The notes under the pieces were generated by a model. The model had not been told where the DNA came from and ran no database searches. It saw nothing but the letters and a program-made list of their open reading frames with translations. The position numbers and the translations under genes were made by a program. Source: a virus. From it: 64,000 bases of DNA. Of this stretch, positions 45,970 to 55,851 are shown in pieces. The stretch lies in IMG/VR virus record IMGVR_UViG_2902495512_000001, one strand, 5' to 3'. How positions within the stretch are numbered: the stretch's first letter is position 1; every line of letters begins with the position of its first letter.

Positions 45970-46347
45970 ATGATTCAAGAATTCAAAGAATTTATCTCAC
46001 GTGGTAATGTAATGGATTTAGCAGTCGGCGTTATTATTGGGGCTGCATTTACTGCTATCGTTAAATCATTGGTTAATAATTTAATAAATCCACTAATAGG
46101 TGTTTTTTTAGGACAAATTGATTTCTCTAGCCTTGTTTTAAAAGTTGGCAATGCTACTTTTAAATACGGTTCCTTTATTAATTCTGTCATTAATTTTTTG
46201 ATTATTGCATTTGTGGTATTTTTACTAGTCAAAATGATTAATAAAATTATGCCTAAAAAAGAGGATGTCGAAGCCGATCCTATTCCAACAGCCGAAGAAA
46301 AATATCTTTCAGAAATTGTATCATTATTAAAGCAACAGAAAAAATAA
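45970..46347 (+). CDS. mscL: Large-conductance mechanosensitive channel (repeat copy)
   Basis: Identical to 4006..4383. Confidence 0.97.
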   Translation: MIQEFKEFISRGNVMDLAVGVIIGAAFTAIVKSLVNNLINPLIGVFLGQIDFSSLVLKVGNATFKYGSFINSVINFLIIAFVVFLLVKMINKIMPKKEDVEADPIPTAEEKYLSEIVSLLKQQKK

Positions 46348-46364
46348 TTGCAGTAAGAAATCAG

Positions 46365-46733
46365 GTGCCATTCATGAAAAAATCAGAAGATTTATCTACT
46401 AAAGATTGGAAACAAGCACAGTCTGCCGTCTTCAAAGAGTACGAAGATTTTATTAAAAGAGTTCAAGAAAATGGTGTAGACTATGCTATTCAGCATGCAA
46501 GACGTTTAGTAAATTACCAAAAATTAGTTACCGAATGGCAACATAAAATAAATATTTTAATGGACGATCTATCTAATAACCACGTCGCTTTAAGTGTTTT
46601 TAAAGACTTAGAAGAAGGAAACGAAAGTCATGTTTTGAGTAGAGCTTACGAGATTATGAAGAAGTGGCCAGAGTTCAACCCAGAACCATTAACCATTTGG
46701 CTAGAGCTCATCGAAGACTCAGATGATGAATAA
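46365..46733 (+). CDS. 122-aa hypothetical protein (repeat copy)
   Basis: Identical to 4401..4769. Confidence 0.7.
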   Translation: MPFMKKSEDLSTKDWKQAQSAVFKEYEDFIKRVQENGVDYAIQHARRLVNYQKLVTEWQHKINILMDDLSNNHVALSVFKDLEEGNESHVLSRAYEIMKKWPEFNPEPLTIWLELIEDSDDE

Positions 46734-46742
46734 TAAAACTAA

Positions 46743-47045
46743 ATGTCAAAGGAAGAATTTCAAATGAAGATTATCAACGTCGCATTGCATGTTAAACCAG
46801 AACTCAAAAAAGAATATGAAGATTTCATTCATGAACTTGTTATTAATTCAGCACAAGAAGCTGGTAATGAATTCTATGGACATTTCAAAAAGTTAGATAG
46901 TGATAATGATTACGAAATTATTGAACACTGGAAAGATCAAGAAGCCGTGGATTTCCATAATGACACCCCTCATTTCCAGAAATTTCTAGCACACGTCAGT
47001 GACTATCTAACTTCAGAACCAGAAATTACCAGAATGGATTATTAG
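46743..47045 (+). CDS. ABM monooxygenase (repeat copy)
   Basis: Identical to 4779..5081. Confidence 0.85.
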   Translation: MSKEEFQMKIINVALHVKPELKKEYEDFIHELVINSAQEAGNEFYGHFKKLDSDNDYEIIEHWKDQEAVDFHNDTPHFQKFLAHVSDYLTSEPEITRMDY

Positions 47046-47099
47046 TTTTCTCGCTTTACAATTAAGTAAAAATAAATAGCACTTAATTGCAAAGCTTCC

Positions 47100-47173
47100 G
47101 GACCTTTAGCTCAGTTGGTTAGAGCAGACGGCTCATAACCGTCCGGTCGTTGGTTCGAGCCCAACAAGGTCCA
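47100..47173 (+). tRNA. tRNA-Ile2/Met (CAT) (repeat copy)
   Basis: Identical to 5136..5209. Confidence 0.92.
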
Positions 47174-47179
47174 TTTCAC

Positions 47180-47265
47180 GCGAGCGTAGTTCAACGGTAG
47201 AACAGTACTCCTTTGAATTGCTAACTAGATACTTTCAGATGTAGGTTCGACTCCTGCCGCTCGCT
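47180..47265 (+). ncRNA. tRNA-like element 4 (repeat copy)
   Basis: Identical to 5216..5301. Confidence 0.85.
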
Positions 47266-47312
47266 TTGTAACAAATAACCCATACTACCGCTTACTTTAG
47301 TACGTACATCGC

Positions 47313-47399
47313 GTGGGCGTAATTCAATGGTAGAATAACGATTTCAGCCCTTCTCTCTCGTTTGAAATTGTTATGTAGGTTCAATCCCTGCCACCCACT
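47313..47399 (+). ncRNA. tRNA-like element 5 (repeat copy)
   Basis: Identical to 5349..5435. Confidence 0.85.
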
Positions 47400-47422
47400 T
47401 TTAAAAGAAAGAAGGTAAGATT

Positions 47423-47599
47423 ATGGATAAAGATATGTCGAAATATGAACTCATAGATAACATTACTAATGACTTAACCTCTTTTATTAATCTGTATGCT
47501 TTCGTTTATCTTACAAAAGATAGCTACTCAAGGAAAGAATATGACCGCATAATCCAAGGAATGGAAAGAGATATGGTTGATCGTCTTAAGCAAAAATAA
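47423..47599 (+). CDS. 58-aa protein B (repeat copy)
   Basis: Identical to 5459..5635. Confidence 0.85.
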   Translation: MDKDMSKYELIDNITNDLTSFINLYAFVYLTKDSYSRKEYDRIIQGMERDMVDRLKQK

Positions 47600-47656
47600 T
47601 TGTAGGTACATTCTAATTAACTGTTGAGCCGACCAAAACCCATTGTTGGCTCTTAT

Positions 47657-47727
47657 GCGAGTGTAGTTTAGTGGTAAAACGACAGCCTTCCAAGCTGTAG
47701 TCGCGGGTCCGATTCCCGTCACTCGCT
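47657..47727 (+). tRNA. tRNA-Gly (TCC) (repeat copy)
   Basis: Identical to 5693..5763. Confidence 0.88.
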
Positions 47728-47822
47728 TAATACCCCGTAATTGGGGTATATATTTTAAATTAAAGAGAACATACGTTTGGCAATATCAACCTATTGTTAT
47801 TTCCAGTTAGGAGGAATAAAAC

Positions 47823-48944
47823 ATGTCAGTAACCAAACTTAATAATGGTAAATGGCAAGCCCGTGTCTCTTATAAAGATGATGACGGTAACTATAAGTCA
47901 GTTACTCATTTAGAAAAGCGCAAAACTGACGCCGCTGAGTGGGAAACTAAAACTAAAAATGCTCTGCTGGAAGGTGCTGACTTATCACGTAGCACTGAGA
48001 GTCTAAAGCATTATTTTCTTGATTGGATCAGAATTTACAAAACTGACGGCGTATCGCGTCATACTCACGAGCTGTATATGGGCAACTGGCACCACATCTC
48101 CGCATATTTTAAGGATCAACCTATGAGCGCAATTAAACGGCCGGATTATCAGAAATTTCTGAATGAATTTGGTCGCAGTCATGGAATTGCCACATCTCAC
48201 AAACTTCATCAACAAGTACACACCGCAATCAAGGACGCTGTAGCCGATGGTATTCTAAAACGTGACTTTGCTTACAAGGCACACGTCACTGGACGCCCTC
48301 CTAAGCCCGTAGAGGAAAAGTATTTGACGTTGTCCGATTATAAGAAACTGCGTAAATATCTCATTAAAACAGCTGATTATGACCACATGACTATGCTGAT
48401 GATGCTGTTTCAACTAGAAACTGGAACCAGGTTCGAGGAAGCTGCTGGCCTAACGTGGGATAATTTGGATTTGAATAATGGAATAGTTCACATTAAACAG
48501 CAATGGGACGCCCGTAGACAGACTTTTCGTCCAACTAAGGGAAATGGACAGGCAGATGGAGATATAACCATAGGACCCGCCTACTGTCGTTTTATGAGGA
48601 GCTATCGTAATGCGCAGAAAGATTATTTAGAATTACACGAAATGAAGAATCCTAAGAACCTCGTATTTTGGTCCAAACTAGGAAAAATAGTGGGCAATGG
48701 GAATGCAAACGAAGAGCTAGGACGTATTTGTAACCGTCTAAAGATCAACAAAGTTACAACACACGCCATGAGGCACACACACGCTTCAATTCTTATCTTA
48801 AATCATGAGTCCCTTCCCTATGTTCAACATCGCCTTCGACATCAAAAACTAGAAACGACCGTTAACACCTACGTCCATCTTATTGAAGAAGAAAACGGCG
48901 TGTCAGATAAGAAGGCCACTGAGCTAATGGACGAAGGATTTTAG
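47823..48944 (+). CDS. int: Phage integrase (repeat copy)
   Basis: Identical to 5859..6980. Confidence 0.95.
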   Translation: MSVTKLNNGKWQARVSYKDDDGNYKSVTHLEKRKTDAAEWETKTKNALLEGADLSRSTESLKHYFLDWIRIYKTDGVSRHTHELYMGNWHHISAYFKDQPMSAIKRPDYQKFLNEFGRSHGIATSHKLHQQVHTAIKDAVADGILKRDFAYKAHVTGRPPKPVEEKYLTLSDYKKLRKYLIKTADYDHMTMLMMLFQLETGTRFEEAAGLTWDNLDLNNGIVHIKQQWDARRQTFRPTKGNGQADGDITIGPAYCRFMRSYRNAQKDYLELHEMKNPKNLVFWSKLGKIVGNGNANEELGRICNRLKINKVTTHAMRHTHASILILNHESLPYVQHRLRHQKLETTVNTYVHLIEEENGVSDKKATELMDEGF

Positions 48945-49357
48945 AAAATGATAATTTTGTGATTGCTGTATTCCTTGTGCCACAAGGGATTACAAAATCA
49001 TTTGTTAATTTTTCTTCCAAAAACTGCTATATTTTGACTACTTTTTTCGTTTTTGGAAGAATCGTGGAAGAACATATCGTGTTTGAGTGGTTTTCGAGTG
49101 TAAGACAAAAGCACCAAAACGCCTTTATATCAGCGTTTTGGTGCTTTGCCGTTTCTCTATATTTGTCAACTTATCACCCGCACGGTAGTTATACCATCAT
49201 AGGTAGCACGTAACAAACCATTGGTATTAAGACCTTTGCGAAAAAGAGAGATATTTTATTTACAAATCGTGGAAGAGCATAAATTAATTTAATATTGGTC
49301 CTTTTTTTGATGTTTTGCTTTCTCCACTATTATATACCAACTTATTATCTTAAACAC

Positions 49358-50477
49358 GACGAATTTACAATTGAAGTGCAACAAGTAAGAAGAAAATAAA
49401 AAAGAACTCATAGCCTGAGTCCTGTAAAATGAAGTCACCACAACAATCATCTAAAGGAGATCCTAGGCTATGAGTCCGTACAACCATCTTACCTTAAAAG
49501 ACCGAGAATGCATACTGTTGGGCGTCACTTTAAACGATACCTATCAAGTTATTGCGGAGAAAATTGGGTGTTCTAAAGCCACCGTATCGCGCGAAATCAA
49601 GCGCAATGGTGGTCGTAAGGCATACTCGGCCGTCAAAGCCCAAGAGAACTATCAGGGACGGCGGCTAAAAAGCCGACGTCCTAGGCTTCTAACTGATTTG
49701 AAGTTACGGGATTTTGTCCTTCACTGCATTGTTCAACGTCAGTGGTCCCCGGAACAAATTTCCGGTCGTTTAGTCCACGAAAACAGTGAATGGCATATCA
49801 GTTATAACACCATTTATCGTGGGATTGAACGCGATAATTTAGGCATCAAACGTAAGAATCACGGGGCTCGTGGCTTTGCCCGTAAGCTTCGTCACCGCGG
49901 TAAAACCCGAAAGGTCAAGGGAACCATTAAGGAACGTCGAGGACGATTTAACGACGTCCCTTCCGTTCATGAACGACCTGTTTCATGTGAGAATCGAAGC
50001 TGGTTTGGCCATTGGGAAGGTGATACCGTTCGCGGTAAAACCGGGCGTTCGGCCCTGGTAACCTTGGTGGACCGCAAATCTCGGTATTTATTATCTCAGC
50101 GGGTTCCCAAAGTAAACGCCAAGAACGTCACACAAGCGATGATTGACCTCTTGCATACCGTGACGCCCAAACGCGTTCGGACGCTTACGCCGGATCGTGG
50201 AACTGAATTCGCAGGATACCGCGAAGTTAGTCAAGAGCTAAGTATCCCAGTCTATTTCCCAGATCCTCATGCGCCTCAGCAACGGGGAACCAATGAGAAT
50301 ACCAACGGACTTATCCGTGAGTATTTCCCCAAAGGAACCGACCTAGACCAACTGACTGATCAAGATATCGACAAGTTTGTCAGAGATTTAAATCACCGAC
50401 CACGTAAGGTCTTAGGCTGGAAGAGTCCATTTGAGGTTTTCTTCGGGACAAAGTTGCGCTTGATTTGACAATTCGTC
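49358..50477 (+). mobile_element. IS30 type A (repeat copy; transposase 49470..50468)
   Basis: Identical to 7394..8513. Confidence 0.9.
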
Positions 50478-50542
50478 ACACAAAAAAAGTCCCACACCAG
50501 CCAATTAAGGCTAGTGCGGGATTTGTTTCGTTAATTCACGTA

Positions 50543-51685
50543 CTATAATAATTTTAAATTTGGACCTTTTTCCTTTATTTCTGAAATTTGTATAGCGCTA
50601 AATAAAGAATTTAAAAAATCAAACGATAATCCTTCTTGATAGAGTGCATCATCAACACTTATCCCCTCCGAATTTAAATACTCCAAAACTGTTTTAATAA
50701 ACGTCGGAAATTCTATCGATATTGTATCGTCTAATGGCTCTTTTTTTCTCCACCCATTTCTACTTATTTGTTGAAAAACGTGTGTCATCTCACTTTGAGT
50801 TAATAATCCAATTTGCTTTCCACGAATAGCTAAAGCCTGTATAGAAACTAGCCAATGTGATTTTAACGACTTTAAAAATTCTAAATTAGTAGCTACCATG
50901 TCCATCAGAATCCCTTCCTCAGGCATCAAAAATAAGCTAGCAAACATTTGTGCCTCACTTTCAACCCTCTTATTTTTTTCACTAGATTTTAGGATACTTT
51001 CTGAATATCTTGAGTGCAAAAAGACATGTCCCAATTCATGAGCTAAACTAAAACGAATTCTAACTGCACTTTTTCCTTTAGTATTAATGATCACATAAAA
51101 TTGGTTATCCACTACTTTTGTCAAGGCGTCAATGCCAGCTATATCTTCATTGGTGAAAATGACTCGTACACCCATTTTTTCCATTAAGAGGGTTACATTG
51201 GAAATCGGACCTATCCCAAGATGGTACCTACGTCGAATTGATTTAGCCAATTCGTCAATCTCATCCACATCTACAAGCCGAAATTCATGACTACTAATTA
51301 CTAAATCATTATCTTTAAAATCCGGCAACTTTATATAACGACCTATCACCTTAAAAAAACTACTATATAAAAATACTAGTTCCTGCATAGAATTTCTGTT
51401 TTTTGTTGGAACTGCCGCACTTCGGCGAAAAAAGTTCGCAGTATCCACATTATTCCGAGAATCGCCTTTTAAAAAAAAGTAATAGGGAACTTTTAAAACT
51501 GCAGATAATTTTTGGATTTCCTCAAAGTTTGGTACCCTTCTATTACTCTCCCAATATGAAATTTGTTGTTGCTTAATTACTTTTTTATCAGAAATCAGCA
51601 GTGCCAACTCAGTTCCCGTTAACATTCTTAATAATCTGGCCTGTTTCAACCTTTCGCCTTTGAATTGGCTCAGTGGTGAATTCAT
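50543..51685 (-). CDS. XRE-HTH + ImmA/IrrE peptidase (repeat copy)
   Basis: Identical to 8579..9721. Confidence 0.9.
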   Translation of the reverse strand: MNSPLSQFKGERLKQARLLRMLTGTELALLISDKKVIKQQQISYWESNRRVPNFEEIQKLSAVLKVPYYFFLKGDSRNNVDTANFFRRSAAVPTKNRNSMQELVFLYSSFFKVIGRYIKLPDFKDNDLVISSHEFRLVDVDEIDELAKSIRRRYHLGIGPISNVTLLMEKMGVRVIFTNEDIAGIDALTKVVDNQFYVIINTKGKSAVRIRFSLAHELGHVFLHSRYSESILKSSEKNKRVESEAQMFASLFLMPEEGILMDMVATNLEFLKSLKSHWLVSIQALAIRGKQIGLLTQSEMTHVFQQISRNGWRKKEPLDDTISIEFPTFIKTVLEYLNSEGISVDDALYQEGLSFDFLNSLFSAIQISEIKEKGPNLKLL

Positions 51686-51692
51686 ATTACTA

Positions 51693-52370
51693 TCATCCTT
51701 TATTCCTTATAAACTCTTTAAATGTGTCCACATCGATTTCCTTAATATCAGCCGGCTTTGTTATAAAGTTACGTCTCAATACAGGAGTTTCTTTGGCCAA
51801 ATCAATAACGCTATACCATGATTTGTCGTTTTTCGGTATACCCAAGCCAATAAACATAGGTTGTTCTGATTGATAACCGTGATCTAGCTCCAAATATAAA
51901 TTATCATCATTGAAATCTGAAGTCTTATACACATTAAAATCAAAATCAAAATAAGATTGAAAATTTTTATTTTCTTGAATACGATAACCGGCAGGAACTG
52001 CAGGCTTATTCATATTTTTACATTGGTTAATGGTTAAATGAAAACTTCCTTCATCATTATATATAAGCAAATAGTCGTGGTTTTTGGTCTCATTTGGCTT
52101 AACTTTATACTTAAATGGTAGAATCCCTTTATCACAATATTGTTTCATATAAAATTTAATAGCTAAGGACTTCATTCTAGATAAAAAATCTGTTGTTCCC
52201 TCTTGACCTGAAATAAAAGGAAAGTCTTTACTGGCTTTGCTAGCTAACATATAGCCTTTGTTTACGACATCTGTAATTAGTGCTCTATTAGTTGGAACAA
52301 TAAGTTCTTCTAATTTTTTTCTTGGATTTTCTTTTTGTATTCTGAAACCATCATCTATTTTCACTATCAC
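51693..52370 (-). CDS. Candidate toxin/effector (repeat copy)
   Basis: Identical to 9729..10406. Confidence 0.7.
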   Translation of the reverse strand: MIVKIDDGFRIQKENPRKKLEELIVPTNRALITDVVNKGYMLASKASKDFPFISGQEGTTDFLSRMKSLAIKFYMKQYCDKGILPFKYKVKPNETKNHDYLLIYNDEGSFHLTINQCKNMNKPAVPAGYRIQENKNFQSYFDFDFNVYKTSDFNDDNLYLELDHGYQSEQPMFIGLGIPKNDKSWYSVIDLAKETPVLRRNFITKPADIKEIDVDTFKEFIRNKG

Positions 52371-52473
52371 ACCGGCTTTCTGTAATCATTACAACAATTA
52401 TACAATGAAAACATAATTTTCACAACAAACTAAAAAATCCTCACACCAGCAATTGCCAGTGTGAGGATTTCGT

Positions 52474-52704
52474 CTATTTGATAATCAATTTTGTGCCCGG
52501 ATAAATCGTTGAATAGATACTATCACCGTTTTGTGATGCCAACGTGTAGATGCTTAAACCGTTGCGTTGAGCAATCGCCCACCAACTATCACCTGAAACG
52601 ACCGTATAATACGTGTGAGAATAACCAGCTTTAGAATACCACCTGCCAATTACCAGTAATATCAGTTTCACAGTAATGAGTATTAAAGTTGCACGATTTC
52701 TCAT
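52474..52704 (-). pseudogene. Orphan LysM (repeat copy)
   Basis: Identical to 10510..10740. Confidence 0.7.
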
Positions 52705-52812
52705 ATATTCCTATGATAATAATGGAATCTAGTAATAATCTGGTTTCCTCTTTCGCTAAGATGCTTTTTCTTATGTATTAGCCGTCTGTCCTTACAGCAG
52801 GCGGTTTTTTAC

Positions 52813-53926
52813 GACGAATTTACAATTGAAGTGCAACAAATGATCAAAAAGAAGACTCACAGCCTGAGTCCTTGTAAAATATAGTCACCACAACTTACTT
52901 ACAAGGAGGACTCAGACTATGAGCCTATATCATCATCTTACCTTAAATGACCGTGAATGCCTACTAGTTGGGCTAACTTTAAAACAGTCTTACCAGGCCA
53001 TTGCCCAACGCATCGGTTGTTCTAAAGCGACTATTTCACGGGAAGTTAGCCGGAATGGTGGTCGTTCTAAATATTCCGCAGTTAATGCGCAACTAAATTA
53101 TGAGCGTCAACGTTTGAAAAGTCGACGGCCACGGATCTTATCGCAAACTGATATCCGGGCATTTGTCATTAATTGTATCGTCCATCGTAAATGGTCCCCA
53201 GAACAAATCGCAGGACGGCTAAATTTTGAGCATAGTAACTGGAAAATCAGTTACAACACAATTTATCGTGGAATTGCTTTGAATAATCTTGGTGAAAAGC
53301 GTAAAAGTCATGGTGCCCGTGGATTCGCCCGCCAATTAAGACATCGAGGTAAAACGCGCAAAGTTAAGGGAACTATCAAGGAACGGCGTGGTCGTTTTAA
53401 CGATGTACCTTCAATCCACGACCGCCCACTTTCGGCTGAAAATAGAACTCGGTTTGGTCACTGGGAAGGTGACACAGTGCGTGGTAAAACCGGACGTTCA
53501 GCGCTGGTGACGCTGGTAGACCGTAAATCACGGTATTTATTAGCGGAACGGGTAAGTAAAGTCGCAGCTAAACCCGTGGCACAAGCTATGATGGACTTAT
53601 TAAATAGCGTCACACCGGAACGGGTAAAGACACTTACACCTGATCGTGGAACTGAGTTTGCCAATTATCAAGACGTCATTGACACTTTAGAAATACCGGT
53701 ATTTTTTCCAGATCCACACGCACCACAACAACGTGGAACCAATGAAAATACTAACGGTTTAATTCGTGAATATTTCCCCAAAGGAACTGATTTGAACGAT
53801 TTAAATGACCAAGAGATTATCGCATTCGTCACAGATTTAAATAACCGTCCACGCAAGGTCTTGGGATGGAAAAGTCCAAGTGAAGTTTTCTTCGGCAAAA
53901 AGTTGCGCTTGATTTGACAATTCGTC
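52813..53926 (+). mobile_element. IS30 type B (repeat copy; transposase 52919..53917)
   Basis: Identical to 10849..11962. Confidence 0.9.
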
Positions 53927-54029
53927 ACGCAAAAAATCCCCCACGCCGAAGCGCAGGGGAAAAGTTGCAGAGTGATCAAGCTCCACAATGAAACTATATA
54001 TCAAGTTATAGCCAGCAATTATTATAGCA

Positions 54030-54407
54030 CTATTTTGCTGCTTGTGAAGCGGATTCTGACGTTGCTTCAGTATCAGAAGCTGCAGAACTATTTACTGCAG
54101 CAACTGTGGACGTTGGTGTTGGCGTTTCGTCAGCAACTTTATTAGCAGCTGCTTCAACTTGACTTTCCTCGTCGCTTTTAACCGTTGGCGATGTCACTGT
54201 TTGAACGTCAGTAACCACTCCCAGCATACCAAGGATTGTTAGCACTGTGTTAATAACGGCCACAATGGCTGACCAATCACCAGTAAACTTAACACCAAAC
54301 ATGGCAAAGATTTGTTGAATTAAAACAATCAGTAACGAAATAATCCCGGCGATCAACTTACCATTCAAGCTTCCGTCAGCATTCTTAAAACTAATTTTTT
54401 TGATCAT
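54030..54407 (-). CDS. Holin (repeat copy)
   Basis: Identical to 12066..12443. Confidence 0.8.
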   Translation of the reverse strand: MIKKISFKNADGSLNGKLIAGIISLLIVLIQQIFAMFGVKFTGDWSAIVAVINTVLTILGMLGVVTDVQTVTSPTVKSDEESQVEAAANKVADETPTPTSTVAAVNSSAASDTEATSESASQAAK

Positions 54408-54417
54408 ATTTTTCCTC

Positions 54418-54681
54418 CTAAAGAAACTTTTCTGCGATATAAACAACTAACGTAACGAGCGTGCCAGAAACTAGGACACCGATAACCCAATTTTGGATCT
54501 GAGTAACCCGTTCTATTTCGTGCTCAATCTCGATTGACTTGGCTAGTGCCTTATCAGCCTTGTTATCAATATCATCAACTCTAGTCAGCTTTTCTTCGAT
54601 GTTCTCAACTTTAGTTTTGGTTGTAGCCACATCCTTTTGGATATCCATTAATAACTTAGTTGTGTCGTCATATTGCAACAT
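54418..54681 (-). CDS. XhlA-like lysis protein (repeat copy)
   Basis: Identical to 12454..12717. Confidence 0.65.
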   Translation of the reverse strand: MLQYDDTTKLLMDIQKDVATTKTKVENIEEKLTRVDDIDNKADKALAKSIEIEHEIERVTQIQNWVIGVLVSGTLVTLVVYIAEKFL

Positions 54682-55835
54682 TATCTCACCACCAATCGCT
54701 GGTCAGGATAGATAGTAGTGTAAATTGACTTGCCGTTCTGACTAGCTAGTGCAGTCATATTTAGGCCATTGCGCTGTGCGATTGTCCACCAACTGTCGCC
54801 AGACTTGACTGTGTAATACGTATGAGTTGCGCCGCTCTTTACATATTCCAGCGTATTACTTGCCGGACCAGTGGCTAGATAACCATAACCATTAAACCGT
54901 GGTTGGCGTACCCAGCGATAACCACCTTTGATGATAGCTTGATCAGTCTTGACCGCGGTTCCAGCTGGCAAAATAGCGATCGTGTTCGATGACGTTGACG
55001 CACCAGTGCGCAACTTAACTGCCGTTTTGAGTGTGTAAGTCTTCGCTTCTTTGACCCATTTGGCTGACGCATACTGCCGATAAGTGTTTTTGTTGGCCTT
55101 TTGATTATTGACCTTAACCGCGCTTTTATTAGTCGGCTTCACCTTTGATTTCTGACCAGCAGTATAGTAGTTGCTATTTAATTGGCTAACATCAAAGCCA
55201 CCATAGCTGATACGGAACTTAGCCGTTGATGACCATTGCCATGCGTGATTAGTTGAATACCAGTTCTTACCACTGGCAACGTATGGATAAGCAGCAATCC
55301 AACCTGTTTTGCCCTTGATGGTCATCTTGTTGTTAGCCCATGATCCAGACGTGTAAATATCAGCTCGATAACCAAACTTTTGAATCTCTTGCATGAAAGC
55401 CACATTATCACGGTCATTGGTTGCTTTAGATTGGTTATTTTGTTCCTCAGCTTCAACGTCAGTCGCTAATACCGCACCAACAGGTAGTCCTGCTGCTTTA
55501 GCCGTTTGACCGGCAAAGTCAGCTTCAGCGATTGCTTGTGCCTTAGTAGCGTAGCGCGCAAAGTGGTAACCATTAATATACATTCCCGCTGCTTGTACAT
55601 TTGCAATGTTGCTGGCAGCATACGGGTCTTTGTACGTACCACCTTCGCTAATTTTGACTGTAACAGCCTTAACACCGAACTCGTTACGCATAGAAACGTA
55701 CTCTGCTGTTGACATGTAGCCGTTGTTATTTGACACATCAACCATATCCATGCGAGCAGCGTTAGCATTTAGCCCTAAAAAAAGAGCCACCATGGTGGCA
55801 GCTCCAGTCAATGCTAGTTTATTCTTTAGTTTCAC
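54681..55835 (-). CDS. Endolysin (repeat copy)
   Basis: Identical to 12717..13871. Confidence 0.92.
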   Translation of the reverse strand: MKLKNKLALTGAATMVALFLGLNANAARMDMVDVSNNNGYMSTAEYVSMRNEFGVKAVTVKISEGGTYKDPYAASNIANVQAAGMYINGYHFARYATKAQAIAEADFAGQTAKAAGLPVGAVLATDVEAEEQNNQSKATNDRDNVAFMQEIQKFGYRADIYTSGSWANNKMTIKGKTGWIAAYPYVASGKNWYSTNHAWQWSSTAKFRISYGGFDVSQLNSNYYTAGQKSKVKPTNKSAVKVNNQKANKNTYRQYASAKWVKEAKTYTLKTAVKLRTGASTSSNTIAILPAGTAVKTDQAIIKGGYRWVRQPRFNGYGYLATGPASNTLEYVKSGATHTYYTVKSGDSWWTIAQRNGLNMTALASQNGKSIYTTIYPDQRLVVR

Positions 55836-55851
55836 TTCTTACACTTCCCTA